Shown here: positions 16,340 to 23,774 of the stretch, in pieces | Position numbering within the stretch: the stretch's first letter is position 1 | How the letters are laid out: each line of letters starts with the position of its first letter | Assembly (NCBI GenBank): GCA_963748845.1 | Contig: CAVVKE010000002.1 | Location: 728,856 to 792,855 of the forward strand | DNA: 64,000 bases | From: an uncultured Acidobacteriota bacterium | Lineage (GTDB): Bacteria > Acidobacteriota > Terriglobia > Acidiferrales > UBA7541 | Direction: 5' to 3' | Program-made: the position numbers and the translations under genes | Notes under the pieces: generated by a model | What the model saw: only the letters and a program-made list of their open reading frames with translations | What the model was told of the DNA's origin: nothing | Database searches by the model: none

Positions 16340-16376
16340 TTAAAAGGCCGCTGCTCTACCACTGAGCTACGCCCCT
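16340..16376 (-). repeat. att core copy: the displaced 5' half of tRNA-Lys (nt 1-37)
   Basis: 37/37 identical to 2526..2562. No T arm or 3' acceptor strand follows. Confidence 0.9.
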
Positions 16377-16685
16377 GTTTTTCGCCGTAACATCTTACAC
16401 GAAAGAGATTTGCTGGACATGCGCCGCTTGCGCGGCTTCTCCGGAATCGCTCCGGTGTCCGAATCGGTGTCGGTTGGTAGCGAAGCTTGGTCCCCTAGTC
16501 GCGCTGGCACCATCTTCTTCACCACATCAAGCGGGAAGTCAGGTGCGAAGCGGAGATAATGCAGAGTCATTGTGAAGTTCATGTGGCCGAGCGCGTACTA
16601 TGCGGCGCGGAAACCCAGTCCGGCCATCGTCAGCCGCGAAGTGAACAGGTTCCTGAGGTCGTGCCAATGGAAGTCCGCAATACCG
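16377..16685 (-). pseudogene. C-terminal remnant of a second, different tyrosine integrase
   Basis: The minus-strand frame reads GIADFHWHDLRNLFTSRLTMAGLGFRAA*YALGHMNFTMTLHYLRFAPD. This covers the HxxR and LGH...Y catalytic region, has an in-frame TAG, and has stops just upstream. It abuts the tRNA fragment exactly as the intact integrase abuts the tRNA. Confidence 0.7.
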
Positions 16686-16837
16686 GTTCATAAACGCAGG
16701 ACCCCGAGCATTCACTGACACGTTCGCGAGATCTCGACGGATCACAAAAGGAAGGTGGCTGGCAATCAACCGATTTCAAGGCCAAAGATGCGATGGACCG
16801 CAACCGTCCAAGTTCGGCAGTCGAAGGATCCTTGCTA

Positions 16838-19744
16838 CTAGGGAGTCGGAACCGTGGCGCTCGCTTCATTCGAGTAAACGCTCTCGACGTTGCTCGAATT
16901 AACTGACGTCACGACGTAATAGTATGTCTGGCCAGCCTGAACAGTCGAGTCGGTATAAGTCGTTCCAGCGACCGGCGAACTGGTCAACAAAGTGTAAGGC
17001 CCTCCCGATGTCGATGAACGATAAACGTTGTATCCGACAACGGTTGAGGTACTGGCTGTCCAGGTCAGCGCCACGGAGTGCTGGACTGCTTGTACGCCCG
17101 TTCCCGACAAAGTGACAACAACTGGTGAATTCGTAGCATTGCTGGCAACTGTGACGCTTCCTGAGACGAGTGTGGCAGTCGTCGGCGTGAATTGTACGCT
17201 TAGCGTCGCGGTCGCACCCGCAGCTATGACTTGCGTAGTTGTAATTCCTGATGAGGTGTATCCCGTCCCGGCCACCGTGACGCTCGATACGGTGACACTT
17301 GAGTTGCCGGTATTCGTGAGCGTCACGCTAAGCGTGCTGCTGCTACCGACATTAACGCTCCCAAAGCTCAGACTGGATGCACTCGAGTTCAAAATCGCAC
17401 TTGATGCAACGCCGGTGCCTGAAAGGGCGATTGCCAAAGGAGACGTGGCACTATTATTTGTCAGTGATATGGAGCCATTGACTGTCCCCGCTGCATTCGG
17501 CGCAAAGGCCACATTGAAAGTTGTGTTCCCGCCCGCAGCGATAGTTGCTGGAACTGTCAGTCCGGTCATGCTGAATCCTGTTCCTGTCACGGTGGCTTGA
17601 GAAATTGTTAATGTACCTGAACCCGTGTTATTGATACGAATGGTCTGAGAATTTGGCGACCCCACCGTGACGCTTCCAAAGGCAACTGAGGTCGGCGTCG
17701 CGGAGATCCCAGCCTGTACCCCAGTCCCGCTCAACGAAATCGTCAGGCTGGGATTCGAACCATTGCTGGTCACCGTGATCGTGCCTGATGCGCTGGCCGC
17801 CGAAGTTGGCGCAAATGTTGCGGTAAACGATGTGCTTTGTCCTGTTGTCAACGTAATTGGAGTTGCTGCAAGTCCTGTGATTGTGTAACCAGTTCCGGTT
17901 GGCGCAACGCTTGAGATCGTCACACTGGCCGTTCCATTATTCGTAAGGGATACCGTTTGCGAACTGCTGGCGCCTACCAGTACGTTGCCAAAGCTAACGC
18001 TCGCGGGGCTGGAGGTAACTTGTCCTTGCACACCTGTTCCAGTCATCGCAATCGTCAGGGGAGATCCAGGGGCGTTGCTTGTAATTGAGATGTTCCCCGC
18101 AGGGCTGCCCGTGGCTGTGGGCGCGAATTTTGCGGTGATTGTGGAACTTGCGCCGGCAGCAATCGAGATGGGCAGTGTAAATCCGCTGACTGAATACCCC
18201 GTGCCCGAAGCGGTAAGCGCTGAGATGGTCAGGGTCGAGGAGCCCGTGTTTTTCAATGTGACCGTCTGCGAGCCACTGCTACCTACGGCTACATTGCCAA
18301 AGGCAACTGTGGTTGGGCTTGCCGTAATTCCAGATTGAATACCGGTGCCTGTCATTGCGATATTCGTGGGTGATGATGACGCGTTGCTTGTAACCGATAT
18401 ACTCCCTGCCGGACTTCCCGCCGCAGCAGGCGCAAAGGTAGCCGTAATTGGTGAACTGGAGCCGGCTGCTATGGAAACCGGCAGGGTGAACCCACTGACC
18501 GAATATCCTGTCCCGGATGCTGTGATCTGTGTGATGGTCAGCGTGCTACCCCCGGCGTTTGACAATGTAATTGACTGTGATGAACTTCCTCCAACAGCTA
18601 CGTTTCCAAACGCAAGGCTAGATGGATTCGGTGTGATTTGAGCTGCCGCCTGGACTGCCGTACCCGCAAGCGCAACGTCCAGAGCTGGATTTGAAGCATT
18701 ACTTGTTATCACGAGGGTTCCAGATCCGCTTCCTGCAGCTTTGGGGGAATACTTAATTGAAAACGTAACAGTTTGATTTAGCGCCAAGGTCAGTGGAAGA
18801 TTAATTCCGGACGCAGAAAAGCCGGAACTCGTTGCAATTTGAGTGATCGTAAGGCTCTCTGTACCTGTGTTGCTCAGAGTGAGGCTCTGTGTTGCACTGT
18901 TGCCAACGGTTACGCTCCCGAATGAAACGCTGGACAAATTTGCGCTCAATACAGAACCGATGACACCGGTAGCCGTCATACCGATGGTTTGCGGAGCGTT
19001 CGGAGCATTGCTCATAACGGAGATCCCGCCTACCACTTTTCCTGTCACATTCGGCGCAAATTTAACGGTGAACGGAGCCGATTGCCCGGCATTGATAGTA
19101 ACCGGAGCAGTCATTCCGCTCATCGAGTATCCGGTCCCGACAGCCGATATTGAACTGATGTTCAACGGCGACGACCCACCATTGGAAATCGTAATTGTCT
19201 TAGAACTGCTGCCGCCTACGGACACATTTCCAAACGTGACAGAATCCGGTGTGAAGGAGAGTAGAGCCTGTCCGCTGCCCGTTCCAGAGAGGGGAACGGT
19301 TGCTAGCGAGGCTGGATCATTGCTGGTAATGGTAAGAGCTCCATAGGATGCACCCGCCGCCTTGGGAGCAAACTGCACCTGAAGTTTTTGGCTAATTCCT
19401 GGTGCTAGTGATATAGGCAATGTCGCGCCCGGAAGGGCAAACCCAGTTCCTGTCGCAGTGGCCTTTGTAATTGTCAGTGCCGCCTTGCCTGAATTGGTCA
19501 GAGTTACATTGAGGTTAGCGCTGCCATTCACAGCGACACTTCCGAAACTCAAAGAAGTGGGGTTGACTGTCAACGCTGGAGTGTATGCAAGCGGATTGGA
19601 CCCATTCGACCCTGTTAATCCGACGCATCCAACCTGGCAAAGTGCGATGAACAGGCATCCCGCTATAACACTGAAAGTATTGAGCTTATTGTGTTTTACT
19701 AGTGTCTTCCCGGGTTCAAATTTCGCCAACCCAAAGTGTCTCAT
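16838..19744 (-). CDS. Large lipoprotein/surface protein with 8 tandem Ig-like (choice-of-anchor-D / ASH-like) domains and a C-terminal fibronectin type III domain
   Basis: Probable start is MRHFGL at 19744, with a lipobox-like FIALCQVGC. Eight repeats follow the pattern S(L/V)xFG(N/S)VxVGxSxxxxxTLxNxG...TGxGxS...FxPxxxGxxxGxxxxTSN. FN3 tail LTWTASTSTVVGYNVYRSS...YYYVVTSV. Confidence 0.85.
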   Translation of the reverse strand: MRHFGLAKFEPGKTLVKHNKLNTFSVIAGCLFIALCQVGCVGLTGSNGSNPLAYTPALTVNPTSLSFGSVAVNGSANLNVTLTNSGKAALTITKATATGTGFALPGATLPISLAPGISQKLQVQFAPKAAGASYGALTITSNDPASLATVPLSGTGSGQALLSFTPDSVTFGNVSVGGSSSKTITISNGGSSPLNISSISAVGTGYSMSGMTAPVTINAGQSAPFTVKFAPNVTGKVVGGISVMSNAPNAPQTIGMTATGVIGSVLSANLSSVSFGSVTVGNSATQSLTLSNTGTESLTITQIATSSGFSASGINLPLTLALNQTVTFSIKYSPKAAGSGSGTLVITSNASNPALDVALAGTAVQAAAQITPNPSSLAFGNVAVGGSSSQSITLSNAGGSTLTITQITASGTGYSVSGFTLPVSIAAGSSSPITATFAPAAAGSPAGSISVTSNASSSPTNIAMTGTGIQSGITASPTTVAFGNVAVGSSGSQTVTLKNTGSSTLTISALTASGTGYSVSGFTLPISIAAGASSTITAKFAPTATGSPAGNISITSNAPGSPLTIAMTGTGVQGQVTSSPASVSFGNVLVGASSSQTVSLTNNGTASVTISSVAPTGTGYTITGLAATPITLTTGQSTSFTATFAPTSAASASGTITVTSNGSNPSLTISLSGTGVQAGISATPTSVAFGSVTVGSPNSQTIRINNTGSGTLTISQATVTGTGFSMTGLTVPATIAAGGNTTFNVAFAPNAAGTVNGSISLTNNSATSPLAIALSGTGVASSAILNSSASSLSFGSVNVGSSSTLSVTLTNTGNSSVTVSSVTVAGTGYTSSGITTTQVIAAGATATLSVQFTPTTATLVSGSVTVASNATNSPVVVTLSGTGVQAVQHSVALTWTASTSTVVGYNVYRSSTSGGPYTLLTSSPVAGTTYTDSTVQAGQTYYYVVTSVNSSNVESVYSNEASATVPTP
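17078..19579 (-). repeat. Eight tandem coding repeats of about 300 bp each inside the surface-protein gene
   Basis: The periodicity is visible in the translation. The boundaries given are approximate. Confidence 0.6.
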
Positions 19745-20073
19745 GCGCTCCTCATCTGTTTGGGAGCGTAACAACCGCGCGGGAAAGTCGGCTACTGACC
19801 CATAGAACAGATTTGGTGCAGTGCTCTGCCTGTCCTTTCGGAGCAGCCAACCGTCTTGTGTTCTTAGGCGGGTTTCACCCCCCTCAGGGGTAAGCGTTGA
19901 TTGGATCGCCGGGCAAGCCAATGATTCTGCTCAATTGAATTACCTCTCCATCGCATTGCGGTTTACTTTTCGAAATCACAAAGGCAGTCGAGCGGATTAC
20001 TTGCGGAATTAGGGGAATGAATCTGATGCATGAGAAGCCAAATCGTTCGGTCTAAGATAATTTGACAGTTTGC

Positions 20074-20110
20074 AGGGGCGTACCTCAAAGGTAGAGCAGC
20101 CGCCTCTTGA
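20074..20110 (+). other. Degenerate tRNA-Lys-like 5'-half fragment (anticodon position reads CTT)
   Basis: AGGGGCGTACCTCAAAGGTAGAGCAGCCGCCTCTTGA matches tRNA-Lys nt 1-37 at 31/37 positions, in the opposite orientation. It has a D-stem mismatch and no T arm downstream. Confidence 0.6.
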
Positions 20111-20393
20111 GCTATTTCAAGCATCGGCGCGCCAATCTGTATCGGCGAGCCACTTACGCAAGAACATCCACACTCGTGATCGGCAAGACCCGAAACCTGG
20201 GATGAAGCAACGAAACATCGTAAGCCGGATATATGGAAGTTCCGGTTGACTAAGTTGGGAGACCTGGCCTCTTCGCTGGTCTTCGGTACAGAACCCCTCA
20301 CTGCCCCTTTCTTAGCCCTTCAGTCACTATTCCGTGCTCCGCTGCACATATACTCTGCCTTTAGAGAGAGCAGAGTTTGGAGGTACAAGAACC

Positions 20394-22334
20394 ATGAGCC
20401 TTAGATCGGTTGGGCCGCGACCGAGGAAACCTATCCGATCTTGGATTCCGGGATTTTGGTTCCGGCGAGTGCCACTACTATCGTTAATGCTTGCGTTGCT
20501 TGCCTTATTCAGCGCCGTCAATCAGGCGCAAAGCGTTACCAGTCCGATTCCTTCCACTCGCACAATTGATTGGACTCAAGCAGGGATTCCGGGGGGAATT
20601 CCGGACGCAAACTGGCCAATCTGCCAGACCATCCCGCCAAGCGGCGGAGCAGATGACAGCACGACGATTCAGACCGCTATAAATTCTTGCCCAGCAGGTT
20701 CTGTTGTCGTGTTGACCGCAGGAACTTACACCTTGCATCGACCCGCCTCGACAGTTTGCGTAGGAAAGACGGATGACTATGCGACCGGCGTCTATGAGGC
20801 CGGGCTCTGTCTGACTGATAAATCAATCGTGTTGCGAGGCGCGGGCCCCAACAACACGGTTCTCAATTATGGAGACGGCGCAAGTATCATCAGTATGGGC
20901 GAGACGTATCTGTCATCGTCCAATGTGGTTATGATTCCTGTCACGTCTACTGCCTTAAAAGGCGCTACGCAGTTGACCGTGCAGACCGTAACTGGGATTA
21001 CCGTCAACAGCTACATCGTGGTCACTCAAACCAATCCGCTAGATACGGATGGCAACCCGCTCGTGAATACCAGCGGCTATACCGGATCGTGCAGCGGGTG
21101 TGGACACGACCTTACTAACACGGTTATGACTCAGATTGACCAAGTTACAGCGATATCCGGCAATTTGATTACGCTCGCGCGGCCATTGTATTTTAACTAC
21201 TCGACCTCTCCCCAAATCTATCACCTGCCGATGATTCAGAGCGTGGGGCTGGAAAATCTGCGTGTGGTAGGCACAGCCGAGTCAGGGACTGCGCTTGAAT
21301 TCAAGAACATCAATCTGGAAGCGTGCGCCAGATGCTGGGTCCATAATGTGGAAAGCGACTGGGCGGTGGATAAATCCAACATCTATCTTTCGGATGTGTA
21401 TGAAAGCGAAATCAGCAATAACTATCTCTATGAAGGATTCGACCACGACAGTGGCGCCAACTATTCACTCTTGCTTGAGTTCAGAAATTCAGAAAACCTT
21501 ATACAGAATAACATCATCCGCAAGGCTCGGCACTCGACGCCTCAGAGTGGTAGCAGCGGCAATGTGTACGCTTACAACTACGAACTGGACGCCTATATGG
21601 GTGAATACCACAATTCGCTGCCCGAGACCCAAACGCATGCACCTCACCCTTTTATGAATCTTTGGGAAGGAAACGTGACACCGAATTGGGAGTTCGACTT
21701 TGCCCACGGGAGCAGCAGTCATAACACAATGTTCCGGAATTATATCGATATGACATCGACCGATCCGGATACTGGAGTGCCGATGACAGGCGCCTTGATC
21801 GCCATCAATGTCGCTTACTACAGTAACTACGAGAATGTGATCGGCAACGCCTTTGGCCCATATGGATCTACTTGTAACGCGTCTGTTTATGAGACAGATG
21901 CGGACACTTCCAAGGTGAACGGTGTGATTTATCAAATTGGGTATTACGACGATGGAAGCGGGACTTCACCAAATCTCACGCTCTCGGCCAAGGTTGGCCA
22001 GACCATTCTGCGAGGCGGCAACTGGGACTGCGTGACTAAATCGGTTGTGTGGAACTCCAATGTTCCGAGTGGAAGCCTCGCCTCCTCCTACCTCGCGTCG
22101 CAGACGTTACCAAATTCATTGTTTCTTTCCGCTGCCCCAAGCTATTTTGCCGCGACTGGAGCCGCTTGGCCGCCGATCAACACAGCCGCGAGTACAATCG
22201 TGAATCAAATTCCTGCTCAAATTTGCTATAACAGCGGGCCAGTGAACAGTCTCGGAGGAGGATTTAATCCCACAGCTTGCTACAACGGCAATCCTCCTCA
22301 ACCGCCAACAAACCTGACCGCCGTTGCTCACTGA
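20394..22334 (+). CDS. Secreted right-handed beta-helix (pectate-lyase-fold) protein, a possible polysaccharide hydrolase/lyase
   Basis: Signal peptide ...LLSLMLALLALFSAVNQAQS. N-terminal region TIQTAINSCPAGSVVVLTAGTYTL, then repetitive N/G/S-rich turns. The protein ends PPQPPTNLTAVAH. Confidence 0.65.
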   Translation: MSLRSVGPRPRKPIRSWIPGFWFRRVPLLSLMLALLALFSAVNQAQSVTSPIPSTRTIDWTQAGIPGGIPDANWPICQTIPPSGGADDSTTIQTAINSCPAGSVVVLTAGTYTLHRPASTVCVGKTDDYATGVYEAGLCLTDKSIVLRGAGPNNTVLNYGDGASIISMGETYLSSSNVVMIPVTSTALKGATQLTVQTVTGITVNSYIVVTQTNPLDTDGNPLVNTSGYTGSCSGCGHDLTNTVMTQIDQVTAISGNLITLARPLYFNYSTSPQIYHLPMIQSVGLENLRVVGTAESGTALEFKNINLEACARCWVHNVESDWAVDKSNIYLSDVYESEISNNYLYEGFDHDSGANYSLLLEFRNSENLIQNNIIRKARHSTPQSGSSGNVYAYNYELDAYMGEYHNSLPETQTHAPHPFMNLWEGNVTPNWEFDFAHGSSSHNTMFRNYIDMTSTDPDTGVPMTGALIAINVAYYSNYENVIGNAFGPYGSTCNASVYETDADTSKVNGVIYQIGYYDDGSGTSPNLTLSAKVGQTILRGGNWDCVTKSVVWNSNVPSGSLASSYLASQTLPNSLFLSAAPSYFAATGAAWPPINTAASTIVNQIPAQICYNSGPVNSLGGGFNPTACYNGNPPQPPTNLTAVAH

Positions 22335-22872
22335 TTTAATGAGAATGATCTCCTCAGCCAAGAATATCCTTTTTTCGTATGCGTCAGGTCATCCCGGCGC
22401 CCAATTATCTGGAGGTTTCGCCAAAACCATAGGGCCACACGCAGTAGGAGGGCTGTTGCCACTAGGAGGCATTTCATGCGAAACGCAGTCAATGGAAACA
22501 GGCCGAAAGCCGCTGGAGGGTCAAAAACTCAAAATTTCCATGACTCAATTGCAAGACTGCTGGTTGTCATGAGGACCCTAGGGCTGCTATCAATCTGAAA
22601 ACAAAAGAGTTGCTCAATTGAATACAATCAGAGGACTAGTACCAAATGGAGAGGTCGGGAAACGTACTAGCACATTCTGGAAAATGTTTTCTTTGAAATA
22701 GGGGAAAGAATCCTCAACTAACGATTGGACGGCGCGAGCTTGGCGAAGGTTCAGAAGCAAGTTCTTTGTATTCAATGAGATAGATGTTGTTGCCAACGCT
22801 ACCCTAAAATGCCCCACAATCCCATTTGGAATGTGGAGTGCGAATCTATCTAGCGGACCTTGGTGTGTTAAT

Positions 22873-22884
22873 GGCGGTAGCCTG
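22873..22884 (+). promoter_or_regulatory. ops-like element GGCGGTAGCCTG (matches GGCGGTAGnnTG)
   Basis: Exact match to all 10 fixed positions of the enterobacterial RfaH ops consensus. It lies on the coding strand 58 nt upstream of the NusG-paralog ATG that heads the polysaccharide operon. Confidence 0.45.
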
Positions 22885-22941
22885 TACGGGGACTACTGCG
22901 ATTCAATTCACGGGAAGTCAAACAGATTGAGAGAGCCAAGT

Positions 22942-23520
22942 ATGCCCTCGGATGCCGAGAGTTGCACCAAGTTTTGGTATGCCCTGCAGGTCAGAACTCG
23001 CTGGGAGAGGTCCACAGTCGGCATTCTGCGCGAAAAGGGCTATGAAACGCTGTTGCCGACCTATGAGATGCAAAAGCATTGGGGCGACCGTGTAAAGGCG
23101 GTTCAGGCGCCACTTTTCCCAGGATATGTTTTCTGCCGATTTGATGTGACGAACCGCCTGCCGATATTGATTACTCCCGGCGTGATCTCCGTAGTCAGCC
23201 GAGGGCGAACTCCGTCCCCCGTTGACCCTGCTGAGATGTCCGCGATTCAGACGATGGTGATTGCGGGTGTAGCCGCAGAGCCCTGGCCTTACTTGGAAGT
23301 GGGACAACGGGTACGAATTGAGGACCACTCCCTCAAGGGGATCGAAGGAATTCTGATCGCGTTCAAGGGTGCGCGGCGGATCGTGGTCTCGGTGTCGTTG
23401 TTACGCCGTTCGGTAGCATTGGAAATTGACCGCGCCCGCGTAACGCCGATAGGAACTTTTCAAGAGGCCACCAAGATTGCCGCTTTGGGCTACGGACGCA
23501 TGGGCAGCGCCATCGCCTGA
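22942..23520 (+). CDS. NusG-family paralog (RfaH/UpxY-like transcription antiterminator)
   Basis: NGN domain FWYALQVRTRWE...APLFPGYVFCRFD. KOW-like GQRVRIEDHSLKGIEGILIAF. It is the first gene of the polysaccharide locus. Confidence 0.8.
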   Translation: MPSDAESCTKFWYALQVRTRWERSTVGILREKGYETLLPTYEMQKHWGDRVKAVQAPLFPGYVFCRFDVTNRLPILITPGVISVVSRGRTPSPVDPAEMSAIQTMVIAGVAAEPWPYLEVGQRVRIEDHSLKGIEGILIAFKGARRIVVSVSLLRRSVALEIDRARVTPIGTFQEATKIAALGYGRMGSAIA

Positions 23521-23540
23521 TCGTGTGAGAAACAAAATTC

Positions 23541-23576
23541 GGAGATGTCCCGGGTATTGCTCCCGATCTTTTTTTT
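23541..23576 (+). terminator. Weak stem plus T8 tract directly after the NusG paralog (candidate attenuator)
   Basis: GGAG...CTCC / CGGG...CCCG short stems, followed by TTTTTTTT at 23569..23576. Confidence 0.3.
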
Positions 23577-23774
23577 ATTTCTGGGTAGGCTCAAGAAAAA
23601 TTGCTTCAAACCGTAGGCAACAACACTCTGATCGCGATGTCTCCGAGGGCGTCAGAGTAGTTCCGAGGTGCGGGGTTCCTTATGATTCATCGCGCAACAG
23701 TCATTTCGTCACTTACTGAATCCTCAGAAGAGGATAAGCGCTCGATTTCCGCAAAGCATTCGCGCAGGAGACAC

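Larger units (their letters stand above)
2526..16376 (-). mobile_element. Integrated element (~13.8 kb) in tRNA-Lys; a phage-satellite-like or degraded prophage-like island
   Basis: It is bounded by a perfect 37-bp direct repeat (2526..2562 = 16340..16376). It contains a tyrosine integrase, Xis-like HTH, XRE regulator, primase-helicase and terminase genes, plus matching arm-type repeats near both ends. Confidence 0.85.

Noticed and set aside
22335-22572. Possible TGA readthrough after ...LTAVAH into a downstream FN3 domain (also after 45150)
   Set aside because: Translating in frame past the stop gives no FN3-like sequence at 22335. At 45151 it hits another stop within six codons. The tail is therefore a genuine C-terminus.
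22831-22941. Longer N-terminal extension of the NusG-paralog ORF (start at 22831)
   Set aside because: The extension (MWSANLSSGPWCVNGGSLYGDYC...) is not NusG-like. NGN domains begin near the N-terminus, and the ATG at 22942 fits. The extension would also turn the ops-like motif into coding sequence.
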